DNA of 64,000 nucleotides from an uncultured Candidatus Rokubacteria bacterium (GTDB lineage Bacteria > Methylomirabilota > Methylomirabilia > Rokubacteriales > DASRDR01). A model generated the notes under the pieces. It was not told where the DNA came from, ran no database searches, and saw nothing but the letters and a program-made list of their open reading frames with translations. Both the position numbers and the translations under genes were made by a program. Below are positions 23,978 to 40,594 of the stretch, piece after piece. Where the stretch lies: the NCBI GenBank assembly GCA_963708025.1, contig CAVPSB010000034.1, forward strand, positions 166,440 to 230,439, read 5' to 3'. Positions within the stretch are counted from its first letter, which is position 1. Each line of letters opens with the position of its first letter.

Positions 23978-25241
23978 ATGTCCACCGATCGCTTCGGCAA
24001 CCCGCTCGCGCCCGGGCTCCCGTACGCCCGCGGCACCATCGTCCGGTCCACCGACGACGACCTCCGCAAGCTCCGTCACGCATGGAGCCTGATCGAGGCG
24101 CGCATCCGGAAGGACGGCCCGGAGGCGATCTTCAACCTGACCGGGCTGGAGCGGCGCCTCCAGGTCGAGCCGAGCGACCTCCCGTTTCTCGACGACGAGC
24201 TGGCCCCGGCGCTCTTCGGCGAGCGCCTCACGGCGCTGGCGCTCGAGCACCTCGGGGGCACGCCGGACCGCCACGACGTCATGGTGTTCAACCGGACCAC
24301 GGCCGCCACGCTGGCCACCCACCTGACGCTCGTCCAGCCGGGGGACACGGTCATCGGGGTCTCGGCGGGCTACAGCCATCCCACCGTCGTCCGCGCCGCC
24401 GCCCAGGCCGGCGCCCGCTTTGTCGACACGGTGGGTCTCGACGCCTTCGCGGCCGCGCTCGAGCGGGCCGACCGGGTCACGCTGGTCGTGCTCACCCGGC
24501 TCGCCGTGACCTACGAGGCGCTGTCGGCCGCGGATCTCGCCGGGGTCGTGGCGCTCGCCCGCGCGCGCGGCGCGCGGATCTACGCCGACGACGCCGGCGG
24601 TGCCCGGGTCGGGCCGGCCGCGCTGGACCAGCCCCGCATGCTGGAGCTGGGGGTGGACGTGGGCGCCACCGGCCTCGACAAGTACGGCACCGTGGGCCCG
24701 CGCCTCGGCCTTCTCGGCGGGGAGCGCGGGCTGGTGGCCGCGATCCGGGCGCGGGCCTTCGAGCTGGGGCTCGAGGCCCGGCCCATGCTCTACCCGGCGG
24801 TCCTGCGCTCGCTCGAGCAGTACGCGCCGGCGCGGGTCCGGCAGCTCGTGGCCTGCACGAAGGAGGTGGCCGCGGCCCTGCGGGAGGTCGTCGGCGGCCG
24901 GCTCCACGAGACGCCGGTGACGGCCCAGCTCCGGGGCGAGGACATCCTCGACATCGCCCGCGAGCGCGCGGGAGGCGTGACGTCGGCCCCTCGTCCCGAT
25001 CGAGGCGACGGCGGCGCTCGCGATGCTCCTGCTCCGGGACCACGGGGTCCTGACGGTTCACTTCGCCGGGATGCCGCCCGGCACCTCGGCCCTGCTCGTC
25101 AAGTTCGTGCCGCCGGAGACCCTGCGCCGCCTCGGCGGCGCCCCCGTCTTCGCCCGGGCCGTGGACGACTCGCTCGACCGGCTCGCCGGGCTGGTCGGGT
25201 CGGCGGATGCGGTGCGCACCCTCCTGTTCGGCCCTTCCTAG
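23978..25241 (+). CDS. PLP-dependent SelA-like enzyme, MJ0158/UPF0425-like (frameshift near 24985)
   Basis: VFNRTTAA, SHPTV, DDAGGAR, DKYGTVGPRLG (PLP lysine). Confidence 0.7.
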
Positions 25242-25331
25242 CGTCGGCTTCCGGCCCTTCTCCCATCCGGGATCCCCCGTACGAGCCTCCCCCGAAAAAG
25301 GGGGTTCCAGGGATTCCCTCTCCGGTGTAAC

Positions 25332-30942
<5,611 letters not shown>

Positions 30943-30970
<28 letters not shown>

Positions 30971-31563
30971 CGAGCTCCGGGGGGTCTGAGAAGACCGATT
31001 TCCTCCCTCGGACGCCGCGCTCGACCGACTACTTTTTCCGGGCCCCGCCGCGACCTCGACTTGACGGTCCCGCGCGGCTTCTTCGCCGTCGGCGTTCGCG
31101 CTCGCGCCGGGTCGTTGCCGGGCAGGAAGAGCTGGGCGAAGTGGTTATCCACGACCTCGCCCTGGCCACCGACCGTGAAGTTCGACGTGATGAGGCCGCT
31201 GGTACCGACCAGCTGCCCCGTCCCGCCCGTCACCTCCCAGATCACCGCTCCTCGCTGGAGTCCCTCGATGCCACTCGGGCCGAGGACGCCCCGGCCCACC
31301 GTCTTGAACGACACCGTGCCGGCCTTCCCATACGCGATGGTGCCCGATTCGAGGAACGTGCCCTCGCCCAGCATCTCCACCTGCGACTCGAAGGTCGCCG
31401 ACCCGCCGGCGCTGGATTCGAGGCCGGCCTGCACTCCCTTGGCACCGATAGCCGTCCGATGCAGTTGACTCCGGGCCGTCGTCTTGGCGGCCAGCTTTCC
31501 CGCCGCCCCGGCCACGGGGGCGGCGGTTCCGCGGAACTGTAGCGCGAAGATCAGCTGCCTCAT
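30943..31563 (-). CDS. Hypothetical beta-barrel protein (AOC/dirigent-like motif); true stop may lie near 31030
   Basis: RBS GGAGGA + ATG; WEVTGGTGQLVGTSG motif; basic tail overlaps the protease stop. Confidence 0.6.
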
Positions 31564-31586
31564 GGCGTCCTCCTCTCAGTGACCCG

Positions 31587-31620
31587 CCCCTGACCCCCTC
31601 CCCCAAGAGGGGGAGAGGGG
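31587..31620. repeat. REP-like palindrome / hairpin
   Basis: CCCCTCCCCC-AAGA-GGGGGAGAGGGG. Confidence 0.5.
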
Positions 31621-31660
31621 AAATGGGGCGCGACCCGCTTCGCGTATTGGCCGCCTGGGC

Positions 31661-32449
31661 TCAGTACGCCGGGAGCTTTCCCTCCTTGGCCGACTTCTTG
31701 ACGGCGGCCGCCTCCTCGGCGGCCTTGGCCGCCAGGAACCGGCTGTCGCTGGCCAGCGTCACGAACTGGTAGCCCTCGGCGATCATCTTCAGCGCGTAGG
31801 CCGCGGTGTTGTTGTGGATCCCGGCCACGACGCCGTGGCGCTTGCAGGCCGCCGCGATCTTCTTCTGGGCCTCCACCACCGGCGGGTCCGTCTGGTCGAG
31901 GCGGGGCTTGCAGCCGAAGGCCAGGCTCAGGTCCGAGGGGCCGACGTAGATGGCGTCCACGCCCGGGACGCTCAGGATGTCGTCCAGGTTCTCGAGCGCC
32001 TCGGCGGTCTCGATCATCGGGATGGCCAGGATGTCGTCGTTGGCGTGGTCGCCGTAGTCCGAGCCCGCGTAGATCGACGCCCGCACCGGACCCCAGCTCC
32101 GGAAGCCGCGCGGCGGGTACTTGCACGCCTGGACCATCGCCTCGGCCTGGGCGCGGTTCGAGATCATCGGGCAGATGACGCCGTAGACGCCGGCGTCCAG
32201 GATCTTCATCAGGCGGCCCGGGTCGTTCCACGGCACCCGCGCCAGCGGGATGACCCCGGTCGTCGAGATCGCCTGGAGCATGGTGACCGCCACCTGGTAG
32301 TCGACCACGCCGTGCTGCATGTCGATGGTCAGGGAGTCGAACCCCTGGTGCGCCATGACCTCGGCCGAGAACGAGCTGGGGATGGACAGCCAGCCGTTCA
32401 CGGTCGCCTCGCCGCGGGCCCATTTCGTCTTCAGCGTGTTCTCGCGCAC
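31661..32449 (-). CDS. HpcH/HpaI aldolase family protein
   Basis: IDMQHG, ARVP, YPPRGFRS, MIET, VGPSDL. Confidence 0.93.
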   Translation of the reverse strand: MRENTLKTKWARGEATVNGWLSIPSSFSAEVMAHQGFDSLTIDMQHGVVDYQVAVTMLQAISTTGVIPLARVPWNDPGRLMKILDAGVYGVICPMISNRAQAEAMVQACKYPPRGFRSWGPVRASIYAGSDYGDHANDDILAIPMIETAEALENLDDILSVPGVDAIYVGPSDLSLAFGCKPRLDQTDPPVVEAQKKIAAACKRHGVVAGIHNNTAAYALKMIAEGYQFVTLASDSRFLAAKAAEEAAAVKKSAKEGKLPAY

Positions 32450-32477
32450 GACATGTGCCTCCGTTGTTGGGTGTGTG

Positions 32478-33204
32478 TTACGGCACTCGCCCGACGTGGA
32501 TCGTCACCGTCCCCAGGCCGAGCCGGGTGATGCGGACGTCGCCCAGGCCCACGCTCGTCATGAGCCGGGCCAGCTCGGGCGGCGTCACGAAGCGCTCCAC
32601 CGACCGGGGCAGGTAGGTGTAGGCGGCGCGGTCGCCGCTCACCAGCGCCCCCAGGGCGGGACGACGTGGTGGAAGTAGAGCCGGAACGCCTCGCGCCAGA
32701 CCGGGAGCGTCGGCTGGGTGATCTCGAGCGCCACCACCCGCCCCGCCGCGGCGCGGTCACCCGCCGCATCTCGGCCAGGCCCGCGCCCAGGTCGGCGAGG
32801 TTCCGCAGGAGGAACGCCGAGGCGACGCAGCCGAAGCTGGCGTCCGGAAACGGGAGCGCCAGCGCGTCGGCGGCGACCAGGGTGATCCGCGACTCGTGCC
32901 GCTCGCGGAGCTTCTGGCGGGCCCGCCGCAGCATGCCCTCCACGAAGTCCGCGCCCACCACGCGCCCGGCCGGCGACGCCTCCACGAAGGCCAGGGCGAG
33001 GTCGGCTGTCCCGGTCGCCAGGTCCAGCACGACCTCCCCGGCGCGCGGCGCCGCCAGCCGGACGGCCGTCCGCCGCCACGCCTGGTCGCGCCCCCCGGTC
33101 ATCAGCGCGTTCATCAGGTCGTAGCGCGGGGCGATCCCCGCGAACATGGTCCGCACCCGCTCGGCCTTCTCCGCGGGCGGCGGCGCCGGGCCCGTCAGAA
33201 CCAT
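32478..33204 (-). CDS. ubiE: UbiE/MenG-type quinone methyltransferase (frameshifts near 32745 and 32655)
   Basis: MFAGIAPRYDLMN, LDLATGTADLA, FLLRN, AYTYLPRSV. Confidence 0.88.
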
Positions 33205-34050
33205 AGCCCGGCCACGGCCGCCACGAAGGTGATCACGCTGATGTAGCCGTTCACGTTGAAGAAGGCGACGTCGAGCCGCGAGAGGTCGTCGGCCGACACC
33301 AGCGAGTGCTCGTAGACGAGCAGGCCGGCCACCGCCAGCCAGCCGATCCAGTAGGCGACCCCCAGCCCCAGCACCCAGCCGACCGCGGCCAGCGCCGCCG
33401 CGGTGAGGACGTGGCAGAGGCGCGCCAGGCGGAGGGCGGTCCGCGACGCCGAAGCGCGCCGGCACCGCGTGGAGCCGCTCCCGGCGGTCGAACTCGACGT
33501 CCTGGCAGGCGTACAGGAGGTCGAAGCCCGCGATCCACACCGTCACCGCCAGCCACAGGAGCCAGGCCGGCAGCTCCATCCGGCCGCGCACCGCGATCCA
33601 GGCCCCGGCCGCCGCCGCCCCGTCGGTGAAGCCGAGGATCCAGTGGGAGGTCCAGGTGAAGAACTTCGTGTACGAGTAGCCGATCAGGAAGGCCAGCGCC
33701 ACCGGCGCCAGGGCCAGGCACAAGGGGTCGAGCTGCCAGGCCGCGACGAGGAAGACGGCCGCCGAGAGGCCGGCGGCCACCGCCAGGGTCCGCGGCGCCA
33801 GCAGGCCGCGGGGCAGGTGACGCCCGGCGGTCCGCGGGTTGCGCGCGTCGACGTGGCGGTCGATCAGCCGGTTGGCCGCCATCGCGGTCGTGCGGGCCGC
33901 CACCATCGCCACGGTGATCCAGACGACCGCGTGCCAGCCGGGCCAGCCCCGCGCCGCCAGGACCATGCCGAGGTAGGCGAACGGCAGCGCGAAGATCGTG
34001 TGCTCGACCTTGATCGCGTCCAGGAAGTGCCGGACGGTCCCGACCCTACT
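33195..34050 (-). CDS. UbiA-family prenyltransferase (MqnP-like; frameshift near 33440; start approximate)
   Basis: IKVEHTIFALPFA, NRLIDRHVDARNPRT, GFDLLYACQD, AFFNVNG. Confidence 0.85.
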
Positions 34051-35510
34051 GGCCCAGCCCGTACTCGCGCCAGCGAGCGGTCACCCGCTGGCGGACCTCG
34101 TCGCTCATCCGGATCTCGTCCGGCCACGGCTGCTCCACCCGGTCGAGCGGCGCCCGCTTCTCCGTCGCGTCGATGCCGAGCTTCCCCCCGTACCGGTGCC
34201 GGAGCGCCGCGTGGTCGAGGTCGTCGGTCGGGCCCTCGACCACGACCAGGTCCCGCGCCGGGTCGATGTTGTTCGTCACGCGCCAGGCGACCTCCGACAG
34301 GTCCTGGACGTTCACCCACTCGTCCACCACCACGACGTTCTTGGCCAGCATGAGGAGGCCCAGCCCCCACAGCCCGTACATCACCTTCCGCGCCTGCCCC
34401 GGGTAGCGCTTCTTCACCGAGACGATCACCAGGTTGTGGAACACGCCCTCGGCCGGCATGTTCATGTCCACGATCTCGGGCAGCATCATCCGGATGATCG
34501 GGAGGAACAGCCGCTCGGTCGCCTTGCCGAGCCAGTAGTCCTCCATCGGCGGCCGCCCGACGATGATGGTCGGGTAGATCGCGTCGCGGCGGCGCGTCAG
34601 CGCGGTCAGGTGGAAGACCGGGTAGGGATGGGCCAGCGAGTAGTAGCCGGTGTGGTCGCCGAACGGGCCCTCGGTCCGCGACTCGGCCGGGTCGACGTAG
34701 CCCTCCAGCACGATCTCGGCGTGGGCCGGCACCTCGAGGTCGATCGTCCGGGCCCGGACCATCTCGACGCCCCGGCCCCGGAGCCAGCCGGCCAGCAGGA
34801 TCTCGTCCAGCCCCGGCGGAAGCGGCGCCGTGCCGGCGTACATCGTCGCCGGGTCGGCGCCCAGGGCGATGGCCACCGGGATCCGCTCGCGGCCCCGCGC
34901 GGCGCGCCTCGCGCTCGTGCTCGGCGCCCCCCTTGTGGGTCTGCCAGTGGAGGCCCAGGGTCGTGTGGTCGTAGACCTGGAGCCGGTAGGTGCCCACGTT
35001 GCGGAGCCCGGTCACCGGGTCCCGCGTGATCACCAGCGGGAAGGTGATGTAGGGACCGGCGTCCCGCGGCCAGCACCAGAGGGCGGGGATCTCGGCGAGG
35101 CTCGGGCTCGCCGTCTCGACGACCTCCTGGCAGGGCCCGTGCTTCACGAGCTTCGGCCCGGTGCGGGCCAGCTCGACGAGCTCCAGGCCCTTCTTCAGCT
35201 TCTCGAGCAGCGAGCCCGGCATCCGGAGGTCGAGGAGCTCGGCGACCTTCGCCCCTAGCTCGTCCAGCCGCTCCACGCCGAGCGCCCACGCCATCCGCTC
35301 GGCGGTGCCGAAGGTGTTGATCAGGACCGGCAGCGAGAACCCTTCGACCCGCTCGAAGAGGAGCGCGTGGTTCCGCTCGACCGGGCCCTTGGCCACGCGG
35401 TCGGCGATCTCGGTGACCTCCAGCTCGCGCCTGACCAGCGCTCCGATCCGCCGGAGCTGGCCGCGCTTGTCGAGGAGCGCGATGAACTCGCGGAGGTCCT
35501 GGAACGGCAC
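34046..35510 (-). CDS. UbiD-family decarboxylase (menaquinone/futalosine-pathway type; frameshift near 34890)
   Basis: RNVGTYRLQ, EGPFGDHTGYY, GRPPMED, DDLDH, KLGIDAT. Confidence 0.92.
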
Positions 35511-35517
35511 CGACCGC

Positions 35518-36009
35518 TCAGTCGCGATACAGGAAGCGGACCAGGTAGCCGGCGACGATGGGGAGCGCCAGCGTGGGCAGCACGCGGGCCAGGACGAAGC
35601 GGCCACCCATGAACGGCAGCTCCCAGGCGATCACCCGCTGGAAACCGAACAGCGACCAGCTCGTCATGTAGGTCACCAGCGCGGACATCGAGGCGCCGGA
35701 CTGGAGGAAGACGGCCATCATCGGGAAGCTCACCATCGGGCCCCCCGGCGTCAGGATCCCGGCCAGGAAGCCGATCAGGATGCCGCGGTGCCCGGCGCTC
35801 CGGCCCAGCCAGCGCTCGATCAGGCCCGGCGAGATCAGGACCTGCAGCATGCCGGTCAGGATCAGCGCGGCGACCAGCCGGGGCAGAATGGCCCAGAGGA
35901 GGTCGAGCCCGGCCTTCAGCCCGATCAGCGGCGCCCCGGGGTCTCGGAGGTAGGCCGCGACGGTGAGGGCCAGAGCCAGCGCATAGATGATGAGGTCGGT
36001 CGCGTGCAT
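35518..36009 (-). CDS. Small predicted permease (DUF318-like)
   Basis: Hydrophobic; WLGRSAG, TPGGP motifs. Confidence 0.7.
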   Translation of the reverse strand: MHATDLIIYALALALTVAAYLRDPGAPLIGLKAGLDLLWAILPRLVAALILTGMLQVLISPGLIERWLGRSAGHRGILIGFLAGILTPGGPMVSFPMMAVFLQSGASMSALVTYMTSWSLFGFQRVIAWELPFMGGRFVLARVLPTLALPIVAGYLVRFLYRD

Positions 36010-36062
36010 GCAGGGCCCTCACTGGCCGGGGGTGGAGGGGGAGGTCTCGCGAAACCGAGGGC

Positions 36063-36071
36063 ATTATAGCA
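36063..36071 (-). promoter_or_regulatory. Extended -10 promoter of permease-ubiD operon
   Basis: Minus strand TGCTATAAT. Confidence 0.55.
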
Positions 36072-36107
36072 GAGGCGTCGATTCCGTCCGGCCGCGGGCC
36101 AAGCTCG

Positions 36108-36137
36108 TTGACGGCGCGCCGGACCTGCCGGTACAAT
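36108..36137 (+). promoter_or_regulatory. Sigma70 promoter of tRNA operon
   Basis: TTGACG-N18-TACAAT ending 10 bp before tRNA-Gln. Confidence 0.65.
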
Positions 36138-36147
36138 GGCCGTGCGC

Positions 36148-36221
36148 TGGGAGATCGTCTAGTGGTAGGACACGTGGCTCTGGACCACGTAGCGGGGGTT
36201 CGAATCCTCCTCTCCCAGCCA
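36148..36221 (+). tRNA. tRNA-Gln (CTG)
   Basis: Acceptor stem, CGTGG-CTCTGGA-CCACG anticodon arm, GGTTCGAAT T-loop, CCA end. Confidence 0.95.
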
Positions 36222-36234
36222 AATTCTCAACGGC

Positions 36235-36312
36235 GGCTCCATCGTCTAGCCCGGTCTAGGACACGGCCCTCTCAAGGCTGAAACACGGGTTCGAATCCCG
36301 TTGGAGCCACCA
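36235..36312 (+). tRNA. tRNA-Glu (CTC)
   Basis: GGCTCCA/TGGAGCC acceptor, CGGCC-CTCTCAA-GGCTG anticodon arm, GGTTCGAAT, CCA. Confidence 0.95.
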
Positions 36313-36410
36313 CCGACCTTGCGCTCGTGCCCATGATTACTGGGTTTTGCGAGAGTGAGGCACGAAGCGCATCGGAAAGATGTTACGGCCTTGATGGCCA
36401 AGGCAACGCG

Positions 36411-36440
36411 GCATTCAGAGGCATTCAGAGGCATTCAGAG
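36411..36440 (+). repeat. (GCATTCAGAG)x3 tandem repeat in att arm
   Basis: Three perfect 10-bp copies; degenerate GCATTCGGA copies near 59306-59322. Confidence 0.85.
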
Positions 36441-36694
36441 GTGTTTCCGGTGGTCCACGAGCCTCGAGGCGCCGTCGCAAGTGCCCGGAATGGCAACCAA
36501 GTGGCAACCGACTGAGTGACGGGGTGACCAAGTAGCCTGGGAGACGCGCCTCAGGCTGCACATCGAGCGGCGGGGAGGGAGCGAGAGAACATGAGCCGTG
36601 GTGGCGCCCCTCCCACGGCCTGGCCTGGTAGCTGGGACGGCGTCGAGGTCCCGGCTCTCAATCGCGACCCTCACCGCGCCTCGCTTCGGCTGCG

Positions 36695-37008
36695 TCACCG
36701 CCCGAGCTCCCTTCCCAGGATCCTCGTGACGAAGCTTCCTGGAGCCTCGGAGGCGACGAGCCCTTTCACGGCTCTCGGATCTCGGCGACGTTTCCCGTTC
36801 TTCTCCGCAGCCATCATCGTGCTCGAGTATGGCGTCCAGACGTCGGTGTCGGTGATCTCGTAGCCCTAGCCCTGAACGAGGAGGGCGAGCAAGCCGGCGC
36901 CGAGGGCAAGGCCGGCTGCTTGTCGGCGAAATCGCGCGCGGCGCGAGTGAGCGTCTTGGGCGGGGGTCCGGCTGGCGAGCGCGAGCGCTTCGTCGTAGAG
37001 CTCCGCCT
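36695..37008 (-). pseudogene. C-terminal remnant of a hypothetical gene truncated by an IS
   Basis: Protein-like pieces AELYDEALALA, TLTRAARDFADKQP, GYEITDTDV, FVTRILGRELGR* broken by stop and frameshifts. Confidence 0.5.
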
Positions 37009-38312
37009 TGTCCTTCGCCAAAACGTCGTCTGACTCGCTCGGAACCATCCGAAATCCGCGGGCCAGGCGAGCCGGGCTTGAGATAGAGCGACCTGGATCC
37101 GCCGACCGTGCACGATTCCAGGGGATTCGCGATGGATGAGCGAGAGAGGGCAGGCGGCGCTGGACCGGTGACGGGCGTTCGGTGGTGCGGAAGACCGACG
37201 ATGCTGGACTATGCGGCTTGGCGGGTGTAGCGATGGTGCAGGCCGCCGACTTCGGGAAGCTGCACGATCTTCCCCGCTGCGGGGAGCTCGATCGGCCTGA
37301 GGTCGGGCGCGTCCTTGTCGAGCGCGAGGTGTGTGCGCGCCTGATGGTAATAGGCGAAGTAACTGGTCAGGATGCGGCGGAGGTGTCGCTCGCCGAGAAC
37401 GAGCACGTGATTCAGGCACTCGCGCCGGACCGAGCCGATGAGGCGCTCCGCGGGCGGGTTCTGCCACGGGCTGTGCGGCGCCGTGAGAACCTCCTCGGTT
37501 CCCATGCCCTTCACGCGGTGCCGAAACGGCTGACCGTAGATCTTGGTCGCGGGCGCGAAGGAGATAGGGCGGCACGGACTCGTCCGGAAAGGCGTTCACG
37601 ATCTGCTGAGCGGTCCAGTGGGCGGTGGGGTACTCGGTCACGTTGAAGTGGACGACGCGCTGGCGGTGGTGGGCGAGGACGACGAGGACGAAGAGGACGC
37701 AGAGGCGCGCGGTGGGCACGGTGAAGAAGTCTATGGAGACCAAGTCGCGGACGTGGTTGGCGAGGAACGTCCGCCAGGTCTGAGAGGGTTGGGGGCGCCA
37801 CTTCGGCAGGAGCCTGGAGACGGTGCGCTCGGCGATGTCGATGCCGAGCTTCAGGAGCTCCCCGTGGATGCGGGGAGCACCCCACAGGGGATTCGCCGCG
37901 GCCATTTTCCTGACGAGGGCGGCGATTTCGGGATCGACCGGAGGGCGGCCTCCGGTGGGCCGGCCCGAGAGCTGGGTTCAGTGCTCGCGGAAGCGTCGGC
38001 GCTGCCATCGCAAGACGGTGTCGGGCGACACGACGAGCAGAGCCTGCCTCCAGCCGGTCCACACTCTGTCCAGCCCGACCCAGAATAGACGATCCATCGT
38101 GCGGAGCCTCGGCCGGGGGGCTGTTCGCTTGTAGACGGCGAGCTGCTGGCGTAGGGCCAGGTTCTCGAGGGCGAGCCGGCGGTGGCCGCCGACGAGGAAG
38201 GGGAGGAGCCGGAACAGGTGGAGCAGGAGAGTGATCATCGAGCCGCGATTGTGGCCGACCAGGGCCGACAGATCAACCATTTCGCTGCCGGATGAGGTGT
38301 TGGCGACGGACA
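37009..38312 (-). mobile_element. IS with rve-type (integrase core) DDE transposase, decayed
   Basis: Imperfect IRs TGTCCTTCGCCAAAACGTC / TGTCCGTCGCCAACACCTC; no TSD seen. Confidence 0.85.
37209..38238 (-). pseudogene. rve-type transposase pseudogene
   Basis: LENLALRQQL, NPLWGAPRIHGEL, IDFFTV, SPWQN, GGLHHRY; in-frame TGA at 37978 and frameshift near 37545. Confidence 0.88.
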
Positions 38313-38453
38313 GGGTTTCCGGGGTCATGAGGAGTCAAGCGTCTAACGCGGTCAGACCGCCGTGATGGCCGTGACGGCTACGCCGGCAAATATCGCGGCG
38401 AGCAAGATCCGGCGCGCGCTCATGGCTCTACCTATCGTCGCGGGGAAGAGCGT

Positions 38454-38900
38454 TCAGCGGCCCCCTTTTTGTCGGGCCAGGGCGACGCCCAGCCGGAAAA
38501 TGATCGCCACGCCGATGCCGAAGACCACGTGAAAGCCGATCTCGATCGGCACCATCGCCGGGTGGAAGCCGCCGCCAATGCCGGCCCCCTTCAGCGGCAG
38601 CACGACGAACCAGTACGCGGCCAGCGGAGCAAGGCCGAAGACGAGCCCACCCAGCCACCATGTGAGGCGCGCGGTGAGTCGCGGCTCGAGCACGGCGTAG
38701 AGCACTCCCCAAAGCCCGGCCCAGAACCCCAGGTTGATGCTCATGGGCACGCCGAAAGGCGGCACCGGCATGAGACTCCAGATCAAGGACGGCAGCAGGT
38801 GCGCGGCGTAGAGAATGGCACCGAACCCGCCCTGGAAGATCAGGTGCGAGAGGAACCCGGCGATAAAGCCGAGGACAAGGCGGGTCGAAATCGTCGACAT
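38454..38900 (-). CDS. Small membrane protein
   Basis: RBS GGAG + ATG 38900; four hydrophobic segments. Confidence 0.7.
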   Translation of the reverse strand: MSTISTRLVLGFIAGFLSHLIFQGGFGAILYAAHLLPSLIWSLMPVPPFGVPMSINLGFWAGLWGVLYAVLEPRLTARLTWWLGGLVFGLAPLAAYWFVVLPLKGAGIGGGFHPAMVPIEIGFHVVFGIGVAIIFRLGVALARQKGGR

Positions 38901-39071
38901 GGGAGACTCCCTTTTGTGGCGGATCAGCGGCCGCCGCCACGGATTCGGTAGGCGCCTCTGCTCCTCAGCCGCCGAGCTGACCGACATGATAGCCCAATCG
39001 CGTTTCGACATCTCCGGCCTTATGCAAGCCGCGGCTCATCAAGGTCTTGATCTGGTTCTGGCTCGCCGGCC

Positions 39072-39385
39072 GTGAAGGGTACACTTATTTCGGATCGGCG
39101 TTCCGAGCAGGAGACCCCGTAGGGTCGGACAGCATCTCGGGAGCGGGCGGGAGGGCCTCCATGGTGCGGTCGCTCATGGCCTTGGTCCTCCGGCGAGGCC
39201 TCGCGTGGCTCGTGTGGAGCAACGAGCACGCCAAGGACCTGGAAATCGTGGTCCTTCGCCATCAACTTCAAGTGCTCCGTCGCCACGTCGGCCGGCCGCG
39301 GTTTCGTTGGAGCGACCGGCTCTTCCTCGCCGCGGCGAGCCGCCACTTGGCACGGGAGAGCTGGCGCGCCTTCCTCGTGACGCCT
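39072..39385 (+). pseudogene. IS remnant: left end plus N-terminus of rve-type transposase
   Basis: AKDLEIVVLRHQLQVLRR..RPRFRWSDRLFLAA..FLVTP, cut at about 39385 by unrelated sequence starting TGTCCC. Confidence 0.7.
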
Positions 39386-39771
39386 GTCCCTTCCGTTTAA
39401 CCCATCCGGGTGGTCGGAGGACCGGCTGCGGCCGGCGCGACCGAGCTCGCATGAACAAGTACCTGTGCGAGCTGCACCGTGACCACAGGGTCGACCTCGT
39501 GGGTGAGCCGCGCATCGTGCGCAAGAACCCGAAGAAGGGCTGAGGAAGGAGGAGACCATGTCTAACGAGGTCAACATCGTTGGTCAATGGGGTCTGCCCC
39601 GACGCCTCGAATCCGTAATGGATTCGTAACAAGTTCCGAGGGTCTTGGGCCGCCGCCGTCCGGTACTGTCCTTGACACCGCCCGTGGCCGCCGCCCAGTA
39701 TAGCGGGTGCGTCAGACACGCGGCCTTCGTTCGCCAGCCCCCCTCAGGGAGAACGACCGAGAAGGGACTCC

Positions 39772-40402
39772 ATGTCGAAGACCCCCAGCCCGCCCCGGCC
39801 CCGTGACATATGACAGGGAGGTCACCGCGCTTTTGGTGATCGATCCGTACAACGACTTCATCTCCGAGGGCGGCAAGGTGTGGAGTCGCCTGAAGGCCGT
39901 CGCCGAAGCAAATGGCTGTGTGATTCACATGTCGCAGGTACTCGCCGCAGCGCGGAAGGCGGGGCTCCGCGTCTTCTACGCATTGCATCGTCGATACCGC
40001 CCCGGCGACTACGAGACCTGGAAGTACATTGCGCCGGTCCAGAGGGCGGCCTGGTCGAGGAGGACCTTCGAACACGGAACGTGGGGCGGCGAGATCCGCA
40101 GCGAATTCGCCCCGCAGCCGGGCGAGATCGTGGCCCTCGAGCATTGGGGTTCCAGTGGGTTTGCCAACACGGATCTGGACTTGCAGCTCAAGAGGCACGG
40201 CATCCATCAACTCATCGTCATCGGGCTGATCGCGCACACCTGTGTGGAGGCAACCGTACGCTTCGCCGCCGAGCTCGGCTACGAGGTCACGGTCGTCAAG
40301 GACGCGACGGCGAGTTACTCGGATGAGGAGATGCACGCCGCCCTCGACGTCAATCTTCCGAACTACGCCAGCGCCATCGTGACCGCCAGATCAACTCGTT
40401 GA
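39772..40402 (+). CDS. Isochorismatase-family cysteine hydrolase (ends possibly frameshifted)
   Basis: ALLVIDPYNDF, SGFANTDL, GLIAHTCVEATVR. Confidence 0.88.
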
Positions 40403-40594
40403 CTCGCTTTCGTCTGTCGAGGTCTCGGGCGCCAGTGCGCAGTCGGGCGCAGAGAGAGTGAAGGGATGAGTCATCGCACGATCGAGAAAGCTTCGACGTC
40501 GTCGCCGACTCGGAGCGGCCGTGCGGCGCGCCGGGTGCGCCGGCGGCACGTGCGCGGACGCCACGGACATCAACCCCTCACGCAGGAGTGAGCA

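Noticed and set aside
39589-39627. Tn3-type inverted repeat beginning GGGGTCTG
   Set aside because: No matching partner end, transposase or resolvase found in the window.
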